From contig JAXHLW010000001.1 in assembly GCA_034521815.1 (NCBI GenBank), positions 224,001-288,000 on the forward strand: DNA of 64,000 bases, written 5' to 3'. The number at the start of each line of letters is the position of its first letter. Positions within the stretch are counted from its first letter, which is position 1. A program made the position numbers and the translations under genes. Origin of the DNA: Trueperaceae bacterium. Lineage in GTDB: Bacteria > Deinococcota > Deinococci > Deinococcales > Trueperaceae. Below the pieces are notes generated by a model. The model did not search any database and was not told the origin of the DNA. It saw nothing but the letters and a program-made list of their open reading frames with translations. Below are positions 38,156-48,743 of the stretch, piece after piece.

Positions 38156-38538
38156 GCGACGAGCCGAAGACGACCTGGACCGACCGCGAGATCGTGCTCG
38201 AGTACTTCCCGGCCACGACCCAGCGGCTGGTTCCCCGCTCGCTCCGGTTCCGCGTCGAAGACGCGGCCGACGGCCAGCTGGTCGTCCGGGATCCTGACGA
38301 CGAGGTCGCCGCGCGCTTGACGGCGGTACCGCCGGCCGGCAACCCGACCGGCGAGCTGTGCTGCGATCTGTGCCAACGGACCGGCACGCGCCGCTGGCTG
38401 GGGGTGTACCGGGCCGAGATGCCCGCCCCTGGCGGACGGCGCTTCCGCTACCTCACCGCCTGCCGCGACCGCCGCGCCTGCGAGGAACGGCGACTGGACG
38501 ACGACGGGATCGAGTCGCTGTTGCGACGAGGCTCGTGA
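38152..38538 (+). CDS. Four-Cys treble-clef zinc-finger protein (FusB/FBP C-terminal-like)
   Basis: CCDLC...YLTACRDRRAC pattern; ATG overlaps the upstream stop. Confidence 0.6.
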   Translation: MSDEPKTTWTDREIVLEYFPATTQRLVPRSLRFRVEDAADGQLVVRDPDDEVAARLTAVPPAGNPTGELCCDLCQRTGTRRWLGVYRAEMPAPGGRRFRYLTACRDRRACEERRLDDDGIESLLRRGS

Positions 38539-38597
38539 TCGCGGCACGGCTGCGCCTGCCCGCTGGGCTGCGCGTGCCGGCTAGGTAGGGTGCGGGC

Positions 38598-39881
38598 ATG
38601 ACCCGCCACCGTTTCGCGTCGCGTCGCGTGCGTGCCATGCCGGCCAGCGTGTTCGCCACCATGGACCGGGCCAAGAGCGAGGCCGCGGCCCGTGGCCTGG
38701 AGGTGATCGACCTCTCGATCGGCTCGTCCGACCTGCCGCCGCCGCCGACCGCCCTCGCGGCGATCCGCGACGCCGCGCACGACCCCGCCACGCACGGCTA
38801 CTGCCTTCACGCGGGGACGCGGCCGCTGCGCGAGGCCGCCGTCGCCTGGTACCGCCGTCGCTACGGGCTGGAGCTCGATCCCGAGCGCGAAGCGCTGGCG
38901 CTGATCGGCGCGCAGGAGGGATTCTCGTCGCTGCTGCTCGCGGTGACCGACCCGGGCGACGCGATCCTCCTGCCCGAGCCGGGCTATCCGAGCTGGTTCG
39001 GCGCGGTCGCGCTGGCCGGGCTCGAGCGCGTGCCCCTGCCGCTGAGCGAGGCGAACCGCTTCCTGCCCGACTTGGACGCGGTGGCGCCCGACGTCGCTGA
39101 GCGCGCGAAGGTGCTGGTTCTCAGCTACCCGAACAATCCCACCGCCGCGACGGCGGACGCCGCGTTCTTCGCGCGGGCCGTCGCCTGGTGCGAGCGCCAC
39201 GATCTGCTGCTCCTCCACGATTTTCCCTACGTGGACCTGGTGTTCGGAGCTGCCGACGCGCCCTCGGCCCTCGCCGCGCCCGGCGGCCGCGAGCGGGTGG
39301 TGGAGCTGTACTCGTTCAGCAAGAGCTTCCACATGGCCGGCTTCCGGATCGGGTTCGCGCTGGGCGCGGCCGAGGCGATCGACGCGCTGGCGCGGGTGAA
39401 GGGAGCGGTGGACTTCAACGCCTGGGCCGGAATTCAGCGCGGGGCGGTGGCGGCGCTGGGGGCGCCGCGCGAGCGGGTCCGCGCCGACGCCGAGCGCTAC
39501 CGCGTCCGTCGCGACGCGCTGGTCCGCGCGCTGAACGACGCCGGTGTGCCGACCGCCGTGCCCGAGGCCAGCATGTACGTCTGGACGCGCCTGCCGGGCG
39601 GGGCCACCGACTCCGCCGCCTTCGCGGCGGAGCTGGTCGCCGAGACGGGGGTGGCGGTGTCGCCCGGGATCGGGTTCGGCCCGAGCGGCGAGGGGTGGAT
39701 GCGGCTGGCGCTGGTGCGCGAGCCGGAGGTGCTCAGCGAAGCCGCCGCGCGGATCGGGGCAATCGACAGCAGCCCGACGCCGTTGACGATCAGGTGCGCC
39801 GCCACGGCGGGCGCCAGCCGTCCCGTGAGCACCACCACGCCGCCCAGGGCCAGCCCCGACGCGGCCACGAACAGCGGATAG
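38598..39881 (+). CDS. PLP-dependent aminotransferase class I/II
   Basis: IDLSIG, IGAQEG, SYPNNPT, HDFPY, SFSKSFHMAGFRIG. The 3' end beyond ~39760 is not homologue-like. Confidence 0.88.
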   Translation: MTRHRFASRRVRAMPASVFATMDRAKSEAAARGLEVIDLSIGSSDLPPPPTALAAIRDAAHDPATHGYCLHAGTRPLREAAVAWYRRRYGLELDPEREALALIGAQEGFSSLLLAVTDPGDAILLPEPGYPSWFGAVALAGLERVPLPLSEANRFLPDLDAVAPDVAERAKVLVLSYPNNPTAATADAAFFARAVAWCERHDLLLLHDFPYVDLVFGAADAPSALAAPGGRERVVELYSFSKSFHMAGFRIGFALGAAEAIDALARVKGAVDFNAWAGIQRGAVAALGAPRERVRADAERYRVRRDALVRALNDAGVPTAVPEASMYVWTRLPGGATDSAAFAAELVAETGVAVSPGIGFGPSGEGWMRLALVREPEVLSEAAARIGAIDSSPTPLTIRCAATAGASRPVSTTTPPRASPDAATNSG

Positions 39882-40273
39882 CTCCAGCCCCGCCGGCCGG
39901 CGGGGTGCAGCGCGCCGAACAGCAGCGCTTGCGGGACGAGGCCGATCGCCTCGAGCAGCATTCCCCGGAACAGCAGCTCCTCGCCCAGCGACGTCGCCAG
40001 CGCCAGCGCCACGGCCACGGTCCGGGAGGGGGCCAGCCGGGCCAGGGCTCGCTCGGTGGCGCGCGCCACCCACCTGAACGACCGCACGTTCCGCTCGAGC
40101 CACCACGACGCCGCCAGCAGCGCCCCGCCCGTGGCCGCCCCCGCCGCCAAGGAAGGCCAGAGCGCCAGCGTCGGCGTGCGTGACGGGGGATCGAACGCCC
40201 ACCAGATCGCGCCCGCCAGGCCTGCGGCCAGGCTCGGGCCGAACGCGACCCAGGTCGCGATCCGTCGGCTCAC
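39497..40273 (-). CDS. CPBP (CAAX protease-like) intramembrane glutamic endopeptidase
   Basis: EELLFRG, FGALH, AHLIVN. The C-terminal ~85 aa are antisense readthrough. Confidence 0.8.
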   Translation of the reverse strand: MSRRIATWVAFGPSLAAGLAGAIWWAFDPPSRTPTLALWPSLAAGAATGGALLAASWWLERNVRSFRWVARATERALARLAPSRTVAVALALATSLGEELLFRGMLLEAIGLVPQALLFGALHPAGRRGWSYPLFVAASGLALGGVVVLTGRLAPAVAAHLIVNGVGLLSIAPIRAAASLSTSGSRTSASRIHPSPLGPNPIPGDTATPVSATSSAAKAAESVAPPGRRVQTYMLASGTAVGTPASFSARTSASRRTR

Positions 40274-41661
40274 GGCTCGCTCGCATCCGGCAGCCAGCCT
40301 CGCGCGCGCGCGAAGCTGCGCAGCGCCCGCCGGGCGTCGTCGCGGTCGCGAACGTCACCCACCGCGCGAGCTTCCGCCAAGAACGTCAACGCCTCGCCGA
40401 CCCGCGGACCGGGCCCGACGTCCAGGAGCCGCATCACCTCGTCACCGTCCAGCAGCGGCGGCTCGGGAGGCCGCTCCTCGAGCAGCGCCAGGACGCGCGC
40501 CAGCGCCGAGCGGTAGGCACGCCGGGTCCCCGCGCTGGACAGCCGTCCGCGGGCCGACTCGCGGTCGGCGATCATCAGCTCGAGCAGGTCCGGCAGCAGC
40601 GCTCGCCGGCGGTGCACGAAGCGCCTGGCCTCGCGCTCGTTCTTCGGGAGCGGCAGCATGTGCCGGCGGACCAGCTCCGCGGCACGCGCGCCCGTGGCAC
40701 GCTCGTACCGCAGTCGCCGCAACGCACGGCCGGTGATCTGGGCGCCGGCGTCGGCGTGCCCGTAGAAGCGCGTCCGGCCGAGCTCGTCGCGCTCCAGGCA
40801 GGCCGGCTTTCCGACGTCGTGCAGCAGCGTGGCCAGCCGGAGCGGCACGTCGGCGTCCGGAAACCCGGTGGCGAGGCGCTGCAGCGCCTCGAGCTGATGG
40901 CGCAGGACGTCGAGATGGTGGAACCCGCCGTGCTCCAGGCCTTCGCCGGCCACGAGCTCCGGCAGCAGCAGCTCGAGCCAGCCCAGCTCGTGCGCATCCG
41001 TGAGGGCGTCCCCCGGCCTCGCGACGTGCAGGATCAGGGTGAGCTCGTCGCGCATGCGCTCGGCGGCGGGTGTCGCCAGCTCGCCAGCGCGGATCGCGTG
41101 GGCCGCGTCCGCTGCCTGGGCGCGGGTCCCGGGGTCCCACCGCAGGTCCAGCGCCGCCGCGAGGCGGACCCCGCGCAGCCCGCGCAGCGGATCGTCGGTG
41201 AGCGCGCCTGGACCCGCGGCGACCAGGCGTCGGTCGGCCAGGTCGTCCCGCCCGCCCAGCGGATCGATCGGGCCTTCGGGCCCGAGCGCCAGCGCGTTCA
41301 CGGTGAAGTCGCGTCGCGCCAGATCGCGCTCGACCGGTCCGCGCAGCGGGGTGAGGTCGATGGTGCGGTCCCCGGTCACGACGCGCCAATGCCCTCGCAC
41401 CGGATCCAGGGCGAACGCGTGGCCGCCGGTGCGTACGGCCAGCTCGTGCGCCGCGCGCTGGGGATCGTCCACGAGCCAGTCGACGTCCGACCACGGCCGG
41501 CCCAGCAGCGCGTCGCGAAGCGCCCCGCCCACCAGCACGCCGCCGCCTGGACGTGGGCCGAACGACGTCAGCTCCGGCCACGGCCGCAGCGGCTCGGGGC
41601 GGGGACGAAGCATGCGCCGAAGTCGCGCCAGGGGACCGCTTCGTGGTCGTTCGTCGCTCAT
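40270..41661 (-). CDS. Class II tRNA nucleotidyltransferase with HD domain (probably CC-adding)
   Basis: VGGALRD, DVD, DLARRDFTVNA, DDPLRGLR, ERMRDEL, LLHDVGKP. Confidence 0.85.
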   Translation of the reverse strand: MSDERPRSGPLARLRRMLRPRPEPLRPWPELTSFGPRPGGGVLVGGALRDALLGRPWSDVDWLVDDPQRAAHELAVRTGGHAFALDPVRGHWRVVTGDRTIDLTPLRGPVERDLARRDFTVNALALGPEGPIDPLGGRDDLADRRLVAAGPGALTDDPLRGLRGVRLAAALDLRWDPGTRAQAADAAHAIRAGELATPAAERMRDELTLILHVARPGDALTDAHELGWLELLLPELVAGEGLEHGGFHHLDVLRHQLEALQRLATGFPDADVPLRLATLLHDVGKPACLERDELGRTRFYGHADAGAQITGRALRRLRYERATGARAAELVRRHMLPLPKNEREARRFVHRRRALLPDLLELMIADRESARGRLSSAGTRRAYRSALARVLALLEERPPEPPLLDGDEVMRLLDVGPGPRVGEALTFLAEARAVGDVRDRDDARRALRSFARARGWLPDASEP

Positions 41662-41697
41662 CGCGCTCAGGCTAGCCCAGCGTGGTGGAATGGAGCC

Positions 41698-42312
41698 ATG
41701 ACGGTCCGGATCGGTCTCACCGGGAACATCGGGGCGGGGAAGTCGACCGTGGCACGCCTGCTGGCCCGGCGCGGCGCGGTGGTGATCGACGCCGACGAGC
41801 TGGCGTCTGCGGTCCTCGCTCAGCCGGACACGATCGACGCGATCCGCGAGGCGTTCGGCGACGGGGTCGTCGGCGACGGACGGGTGGACCGCCCGGCGCT
41901 GGCGCGGCGCGTGTTCCAGGACGAGGCGGCTCGCAAGCAGCTCGAAGCGATCGTGCATCCGCGCGTGGCGGAGCTCGACGCGGCACGCGCGAAGGCCGCG
42001 AGCGAGCGTCGTCCGCCCCCGCCGATGATCGTGCACGACGTTCCGCTGCTGTTCGAGGCGGGCTTGGCCGAGGCGATGGACGCCGTCGTCGTCGTCGACG
42101 CGCCGCTCGAGGATCGCATCGAACGGGTCGTCTCCGCCCGCGGCCTCGACGCCGACGAGGTGCGGCGGCGCGACGCGGCGCAATGGCCCGCCGAACGGAA
42201 ACGCGCCCGGGCCGACGTGGTGATCGACAACGACGGCGACCCGCGCCGACTCGAGGCGCGGGTCGCCGAAGCGTGGCCACGATTGCTGGCCGTCGCTCAC
42301 CAATCCAGGTAG
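41698..42312 (+). CDS. coaE: Dephospho-CoA kinase
   Basis: IGLTGNIGAGKSTV, IDAD, IVHPRV, DVPLLFE, ADVVIDN. Confidence 0.95.
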   Translation: MTVRIGLTGNIGAGKSTVARLLARRGAVVIDADELASAVLAQPDTIDAIREAFGDGVVGDGRVDRPALARRVFQDEAARKQLEAIVHPRVAELDAARAKAASERRPPPPMIVHDVPLLFEAGLAEAMDAVVVVDAPLEDRIERVVSARGLDADEVRRRDAAQWPAERKRARADVVIDNDGDPRRLEARVAEAWPRLLAVAHQSR

Positions 42313-44087
42313 GTCCTGCTCTCGGTCCTGAGCGTGTCGCCGTCCATGACCGTCGCGCTGCGACTGGTCCCGAGACGCTCGGCGACGAACGCCGACCAGG
42401 CGGTGACGGCCTCGCTGGCCGCGTCCACCGCCTCGAAGTCCAGCGTCGCCGCGCCCCCGAGGCCGGCCAGCATCTGAAGCTGCGTCACCAGCGCGTCCGT
42501 CGATCCTCCCGTCGCCGTAGCGTTGTCCGACACGCTCCACGACAGCGGGTTCGCCGGCAGCTCGGCGGCGGCGTCGATCAGCGCGGCCGGACCGGCCGTG
42601 CCGGACGCTCGCGCCGAGAGCACCGCTTCGGTCGCCTCCGGCGAGCCGGACAGGACCGCCCAGCCGTCGATCACGGCGGCGTCCAGCACCAGCGTCTCGC
42701 TCAGAGTCAGGCGCGTGACGTCGACGCCGGCGACCTCCACCGTGGTCGGAGCGACGACGCCCTGACCGCTGGGGGAGAGGAACCCCGCCAGCGTGGCGCC
42801 CAGCGTGGTGAAGGCGGAGGTGAGGCCTCGGCGCGCCGCGGCGTCGTCGCGGGAGGCGACGAGGAGCACCTGCGCGTCGAAGAGGGGGACGTCGGTCGAG
42901 CCCGCTTCGGGAGCCGTGGGCGCATCGGTCTGGATCTGCACCCAACCGTCGCCCGCCCAGTCCAGCAGCAGCGTGTTCGCGTCCAGACCGATGAGCTGCA
43001 GCGCCTCGCTGGCGCTGGGGACGCCGAGCTCGGCGGCGGAGGCCATGACGTCGTCGAGCCACGCCCACCAGCCGCTCAGGTCGGCGCCGCCCGCGGCCAC
43101 CGACACGGCCGTGTCGGGCGCGTACGCCAGCACCTCCACGCCTGGAGCGACGCCCTGCGTCAGCAGGTCGTAGAGCCGCGTGTCCGGCCCGTCCGCCGCG
43201 GGCGAGCGCAGGCCGGTCCCGGCCAGGCCTGCGTCGTCGGCGCGGAGCACCCCCACGGTCGGTCCGGCGGTCCGGAGCGCGGCACGGACCCGCTCGAGGA
43301 CGGCGCCCGCCCCGTACGAGCCGGCCAGCGGCGCCAGGCCGCGCAGGAGCGGCTCGGCGTCCAGCAGCCCCATGACCTGGCCCGGACCGAGGTCGCGCAG
43401 CGCGGCGTACGTCGGGGTGTCCGCCAGGGTCGGATCGCTGCCGCCGGCGTCGGCGCGGAGCACGAACCGCACGATCTCGGGATCGGTCGAGAGGACCAGC
43501 AGGCCACCCGTCTGCGCGTAGGCGACCGGAACGCCCAGCAGGTCGTCGTCGCTCACGTCCGGCACGTACGTGTAGAAGGTCGATCCCGCCTCGCTGCGCT
43601 GCTCGACGCCTTCGCGCCCTGCCGCGTCGGCGATGGCCTGGGCGAACGCGTCGCGGCCCGCATCGCTGGGGCGGGCGATCAGCGTCAGCGCCGGGAGAGG
43701 GCTGAACGGCGAGGCCGACACCGCGAGCCACGCCTCCTGGCCGACGAGGTCCAGCGGTCCGAGCCCGGCCAGCGCCGCGGGCACGTCGGGCATGCCGCCT
43801 TCGTCCAGGGCGACGTCCGCGTCGTCGGGCAGGACGGCGCTCAGCGAGGCGATCAGGTCGAGGCGCTCGGCTTCGTCCAGGAACGGTTTCAGTCGTTCGG
43901 TCTCGCTCTCGAGATCGTTCAAGCCGACGGCCAGCGCCACGTCGGCGGGCAGAAGCTGGGGCAGCGACTGCGCCGCGACGGGCGCGACCAGCAGCCACGA
44001 CGCCGCCAGGACGAGCGCGGCGCGCAGCCAGACCGATCGTGTCTCGGGGTGTCGGGGGGCGGGCGAGACGGTTCTGGGTTTCGTCAT
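42297..44087 (-). CDS. Secreted hypothetical protein (DUF3352-like architecture)
   Basis: Signal peptide ...PVAAQ, LPAD start, acidic alpha/beta body. Confidence 0.65.
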   Translation of the reverse strand: MTKPRTVSPAPRHPETRSVWLRAALVLAASWLLVAPVAAQSLPQLLPADVALAVGLNDLESETERLKPFLDEAERLDLIASLSAVLPDDADVALDEGGMPDVPAALAGLGPLDLVGQEAWLAVSASPFSPLPALTLIARPSDAGRDAFAQAIADAAGREGVEQRSEAGSTFYTYVPDVSDDDLLGVPVAYAQTGGLLVLSTDPEIVRFVLRADAGGSDPTLADTPTYAALRDLGPGQVMGLLDAEPLLRGLAPLAGSYGAGAVLERVRAALRTAGPTVGVLRADDAGLAGTGLRSPAADGPDTRLYDLLTQGVAPGVEVLAYAPDTAVSVAAGGADLSGWWAWLDDVMASAAELGVPSASEALQLIGLDANTLLLDWAGDGWVQIQTDAPTAPEAGSTDVPLFDAQVLLVASRDDAAARRGLTSAFTTLGATLAGFLSPSGQGVVAPTTVEVAGVDVTRLTLSETLVLDAAVIDGWAVLSGSPEATEAVLSARASGTAGPAALIDAAAELPANPLSWSVSDNATATGGSTDALVTQLQMLAGLGGAATLDFEAVDAASEAVTAWSAFVAERLGTSRSATVMDGDTLRTESRTYLDW

Positions 44088-44151
44088 GGCACGAGCGTAC
44101 CCGGTGCGCCCCCGAGGTCCAAAGCGATCGTCACCCGCGCCCGCGCTCTGC

Positions 44152-46156
44152 TCAGTCGCTCAGCAACGCTCGCGCCCGGGCCACGACGTTGTCGACGTTG
44201 AAGCCGTACTCGTCCAGAACGCGCCCGCCCGGTGCGGACTCGCCGTAGCGGTCGACCCCGATCACGTCGCCATGGTCGCCGATCCATTCGTGCCAGCCCA
44301 GCGACGCGGCGGCCTCCACGGCCAGGCGCGCGGGCACGCCGGGGGGAATCACCTCGCGCCGGTACGCTTCGCCCTGGTCGCGGAACCGCTCCCAGCTGGG
44401 CATCGACACGACGCGGGTGGGAACGCCGTCCGCCTCGAGCACGTCGCGCGCGCCCGAAGCAGAGGGACACCTCGGACCCGGACGCGAGCAGGATCAGCCG
44501 CGGCGCGTCGCCGGACGCCTCGGCCTGGACGTAGGCGCCGCGGGCGACGGCGTTCGCGGGCACGTCCAGATGGGGCACGCCCTGACGGGTGAGGATCAGC
44601 GCGGTCGGTCCGTCGCGGCGCGCCAGCGCCTCGCGCCACGCCTGCGCGGTCTCGTTCGCGTCGGCCGGGCGGACGACCTGCAGGTTCGGGATCGCCCGCA
44701 GGGAGGGAAGGTGCGCCTCGGGCTGGTGCGTGGGCCCGTCGCCACCCAGCCCGATCGAGTCGTGCGTGAAGACGTACACGACCGGCTGGCCCATCAGCGC
44801 CGAGAGCCGCAGCGCCGGCCGCAGGTAGTCGGAGAACACCAGGAACGTCCCCACGAACGGTCGGACGCCGCCGTGCACCGCGAGCCCGTTGGCGGCGGCC
44901 GCCATGGCGTGCTCGCGGATCCCGAAGTGGAGGATCCGTCCCGCGTAGTCGCCGGCCCGCATCGAGCGCGCGTCGTCGATGTCGGTGTAGTTCGAGCCGG
45001 CCAGGTCGGCCGATCCGCCGATCAGCTCGGGCATGCGCTGGGCGAAGTGGTTCAGGACCTTCTGGGAGGCTTTGCGGGTCGCCAGCTCGTCGTCCCCGCC
45101 GAACGTGGGCAGCGGATCGTCGAAGGCGTCCGGCAGCGTGCCGTCCATTCGCCGAGCCAGCTCGGAAGCGGCATCCGGGTGCTCGTCGGCGTAGCCCGTC
45201 CACAGCTCGTTCCAGGCCGCTCGCGCCTCGGCGCCCGCTGCGCGGACCTCCGAGGCGTCCTCGAGCACGTCGTCGGGGACCGTGAAGGCCGGCCAGTCGA
45301 TGTCCAGCGCCCGCTTCGTCGCCGCCGCCTCCTCCTCGCCCAGGACCGAGCCGTGGATCTTGGAGCTTCCCGCGAGGTGCGGGCTTCCGTAGCCGATCGT
45401 GGTGCGGACGGCGATCAGGCTGGGCCGCTCGGTGTCGGCCCGGGCGGTCGTGATCGCCTGCAGGACGGCGTCGGGATCGGAGCCGTCCTCGACGCGCTGG
45501 ACGTGCCAGCCGTACGCTTCGTAGCGTTGCAGGACGTCCTCGCTGAAGGTGATGTCGGTCGGACCGTCGATGCTGATGTGGTTGTCGTCGTAGAGCACGG
45601 TGAGCTTGCCGAGCTTCAGGTGGCCGGCCAACGACGACGCCTCGGAGGTGACGCCCTCCATGATGTCGCCGTCCGAGGCGATCACCCAGGTGCGGTGATC
45701 CACCACCTCGAAGCCGGGCCGGTTGAAGCGCGCAGCGAGGTGCGCCTCGGCCAGCGCCATGCCGACGGCCGTCGCGAGTCCCTGACCCAGCGGGCCCGTC
45801 GTCGTCTCGATGCCGGGCGTGAGTCCGACCTCGGGATGCCCGGGCGTGCGGCTCTTCCACTGCCGGTAGGCGCGCAGATCGTCCATCGTCACGCCGTAGC
45901 CGGTCAGGTGAAGCAGCGAGTACTGAAGCATCGAGCCGTGGCCGGCCGACTGGACGTAGCGGTCGCGGTTCCACCAGGTCGGATCCGAAGGGTCGTGGCG
46001 CATGGCGTGGCGGTACAGCGCCCAGCCCATCGGGGCCGCACCCATCGGCATGCCGGGGTGTCCGTCGCCGGACGCTTGCGTGGCGTCGATCGTGAGTGCA
46101 CGGATGACGTTGGCGGCGCGCAGGTCGCGTTGACGCTCGTCGGGGGATCGGTTCAT
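44152..46156 (-). CDS. tkt: Transketolase (single-base frameshift near 44454)
   Basis: [54 protein letters not shown]. The C-terminus VVSMPSWE...YGESAPG is in the 44152..44442 frame. Confidence 0.93.
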
Positions 46157-46283
46157 CGAGGTGCCTCCGTCGGGGTTCGTGGCTCCCGGGTTCGTGGTCC
46201 TGGGATCCGCGCCTCTGGCGCGGATCGAGGTGGTCCGAGTCGCGGATCACCATAGCAGGGGCGAGCCTCGTGCCGCGCAGCGT

Positions 46284-46763
46284 TCACCCGTCGCGTCGTC
46301 GCTGCAGGATCGCCTCGCGGACCTTGCGGCCGATCTCGTAATGGCGTCGCTCCATCTCCGACTCGACCCGCAACCTCGGAACCGTGGCGGGGCGACGATC
46401 GTCGCCGATCGCGACGAAGTTGAGGTGCCCCACGGTCGTGAGCGAGCGACGCCCGCTGGTGGGATGCTCGGAGTGGACCTCGCTGCGGACGATCATGCTG
46501 GTGTCGCCCACCCAGGCGACCCGGCTGCGGACCTCGAGGATGTCGCCGACGTGAACCGGATTGCGGAAGTCCACCGGCTCGGTCGAGGCGGTCACGGCGA
46601 TCCGTCTGCAGAAACGGTTGCAGGCGATCGACGCGTTGACGTCCATCAGCTCGAGAACGTGCCCGCCGAACAGCGTGCCGAGAGGGTTGGCGTGGTGGGG
46701 GAACACGGCGTCGACGGTGGTCACCCACTCGCTGGCTCGGGTCTCGCCGGGGTCGATCGGCAT
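46284..46763 (-). CDS. Acyl-CoA thioesterase (hotdog fold)
   Basis: VFPHHANPLGTLFGG, MD, VTAS, VDFRNPV, VGDTSM, FVAI. Confidence 0.9.
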   Translation of the reverse strand: MPIDPGETRASEWVTTVDAVFPHHANPLGTLFGGHVLELMDVNASIACNRFCRRIAVTASTEPVDFRNPVHVGDILEVRSRVAWVGDTSMIVRSEVHSEHPTSGRRSLTTVGHLNFVAIGDDRRPATVPRLRVESEMERRHYEIGRKVREAILQRRRDG

Positions 46764-46827
46764 GCATCGAGAATAGCCCGGTCGGCTGCTATGCTCGCGG
46801 GAGCCCAGGTTCCATGGAGGTTCTCTC

Positions 46828-47430
46828 ATGGCGTATCGATCCCAAGCTTCCGCCGCCGCACCGTTGGCGACGCGTCTCGTTCCCATCCGCAGCGTGGCGC
46901 TGCGAACCGCTGTTCAGCTGATCGTTGGCGTGGCGTTCCTGGCCGCGCTGGCGCAGGTGCGCATCGTGGTGGGGCCGGTGCCGATCACCGGCCAGACGCT
47001 GGGCGTGCTGCTCATCGGCGCGAGCTACGGCGCCACGCTGGGCGTCGCGACGGTCGGGGCGTACCTGCTGGCGGGCGGTCTCGGCCTGGCCGTGTTCACC
47101 GGGGGCGGCGCCGGCTGGGAGGTCCTGAGCGGACCGACCGCGGGCTACCTGCTCGGCTTCCCGGTCGCCGCCGCGGTGGTGGGCGCCCTGGCCCGCAGGG
47201 GATGGGACCGACGCCCGTGGAGCGCCGCCGCGGCGATGGTGGCGGGGAACGTCGTGATCTACGGGTTCGGACTGGCGTGGCTGGCCCGCTTCGCGCCGGA
47301 CGCGGCGACGACGCTCGCCTGGGGTCTCTGGCCGTTCGTTCCAGGTGACCTGATCAAGATCGTGCTCGCAGCGGGTCTGCTGCCGCTGGCCTGGCGTCTG
47401 CTGGGCAGACGCGACGACCGGCGCGGGTGA
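46828..47430 (+). CDS. bioY: Biotin transporter BioY
   Basis: PVPITGQT, GPTAGYLLGF, PFVPGDLIK. Confidence 0.92.
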   Translation: MAYRSQASAAAPLATRLVPIRSVALRTAVQLIVGVAFLAALAQVRIVVGPVPITGQTLGVLLIGASYGATLGVATVGAYLLAGGLGLAVFTGGGAGWEVLSGPTAGYLLGFPVAAAVVGALARRGWDRRPWSAAAAMVAGNVVIYGFGLAWLARFAPDAATTLAWGLWPFVPGDLIKIVLAAGLLPLAWRLLGRRDDRRG

Positions 47431-47455
47431 GTCGGCCGGGCGCGGGGACGACGCC

Positions 47456-48631
47456 GTGAGCTGGGAGCGGCGATTCGCTCGGCGCACGGCGCGGATGCGA
47501 CCGTCCGCGATCCGCGAGATCCTGAAGCTGACGCAGCGCAGCGACGTGATCTCGCTGGCGGGCGGGCTGCCCGCCGGCGAGATGTTCCCGGTCGAGGAGG
47601 TCGCCCAGGCGGCCGCCCGCGCGATGGCGTCGAACGGCGTGCGCGCGCTTCAGTACGGGCCGACGGACGGCCTTCCCGAGCTGCGCGACTGGGTCGCGGC
47701 GTCGCTGCCCGGAGCCGACGCGGACCGCGTCGTCGTCACCTCCGGCTCGCAGCAGGGGCTCGACCTTCTCGCCAAGGTGTTGATCGACCCGGGCGACGCG
47801 GTCGCGCTGGGCGCCCCGTCGTACATGGGGGCGTTGCGGGCGTTCGATGCGTACGAGCCCGCCTACCTCACGGTCGAGCTGGACGACGACGGCATGGTTC
47901 CCGCGTCGCTCGAGGATGTGCTCGCCCAGGGTCCGAAGTTCGTGTACGTGATTCCCGACTTCGACAACCCGCTGGGCCGGCGCATGTCGCTGTCGCGGCG
48001 CCGTGCGCTGCTCGAGATCGCGGACCGCCACGACGTGCTCGTGGTCGAGGACGCGCCCTACCGGGAGCTCCGTTTCGACGACACGGTGCTGCCCAGCCTG
48101 TTCGAGCTCGCGCCCGATCGGGTCGTGCACGCAGGAACGCTGTCGAAGACCTTGGCGCCCGGGCTGAGGCTGGCGTGGCTGATCATGCCCGCTCCGCTGG
48201 CGCAGGTCGTGGAGCGCGCCAAGCAGGCGGCCGATCTGCACACGGGAACGTTCGCGCAGTCCGTGGCGATGGAGCTGCTCTCGTCGGGCGCGCTCGAGGC
48301 GCGTCTCCCGCGCCTTCGGGCGCACTACCGCAATCAGCGGGACGCGCTGGCGGACGCGCTCGAGCGAGAGCTGGACGGGGAGCTGCGGTTCTCGCGCCCG
48401 CCCGGGGGCATGTTCCTCTGGGCCGAGCTTCCCCGCGGCGTCGACGCGAGCGAGCTGCTCCCCGTCGCCGTCGAGCACGGCGTCGCGTTCGTGCCGGGCG
48501 AGCCGTTCTTCGCGAACGGCGGCCCGAAGAACACGGTGCGGCTGAGCTACTCGCTCCCCGCCCCCGCCACGCTGGCGACCGCCGCGGCGCGACTGGCGGC
48601 GGCGCTGGCGGCGCACCGGCAGCTCGCTTGA
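47456..48631 (+). CDS. PLP-dependent aminotransferase (LysN/2-aminoadipate transaminase-like)
   Basis: SAIREILK, ISLAGGLP, LQYGPTDG, TSGSQQGLDL, EDAPY, GTLSKTLAPGLRL, GGMFLW. Confidence 0.88.
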   Translation: MSWERRFARRTARMRPSAIREILKLTQRSDVISLAGGLPAGEMFPVEEVAQAAARAMASNGVRALQYGPTDGLPELRDWVAASLPGADADRVVVTSGSQQGLDLLAKVLIDPGDAVALGAPSYMGALRAFDAYEPAYLTVELDDDGMVPASLEDVLAQGPKFVYVIPDFDNPLGRRMSLSRRRALLEIADRHDVLVVEDAPYRELRFDDTVLPSLFELAPDRVVHAGTLSKTLAPGLRLAWLIMPAPLAQVVERAKQAADLHTGTFAQSVAMELLSSGALEARLPRLRAHYRNQRDALADALERELDGELRFSRPPGGMFLWAELPRGVDASELLPVAVEHGVAFVPGEPFFANGGPKNTVRLSYSLPAPATLATAAARLAAALAAHRQLA

Positions 48632-48707
48632 CCTGACTCGCCCCACCCGAGGCGTCCGTGGTGTCGAGCGCGCGGGCGGCGCGGAGCAGGGACGGCGAGG
48701 AAGAGCC

Positions 48708-48743
48708 AAGGAAACGCCCCCGAGCCTCGTAGGCTCGGGGGCG
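48708..48743 (-). terminator. Intrinsic terminator (minus strand)
   Basis: 13-bp stem CGCCCCCGAGCCT/AGGCTCGGGGGCG followed by TTTCCTT on the minus strand. Confidence 0.8.

Noticed and set aside
40270-43998. 1242-aa minus-strand ORF as one giant protein
   Set aside because: Only 40270-41661 is protein-like. The rest is an off-frame shadow of the 42297-44087 gene and antisense of coaE, as expected in stop-poor high-GC DNA.
46828-47430. BioY without ECF A/T components as a novelty
   Set aside because: Solitary BioY is well known, and partners may lie elsewhere in the genome.
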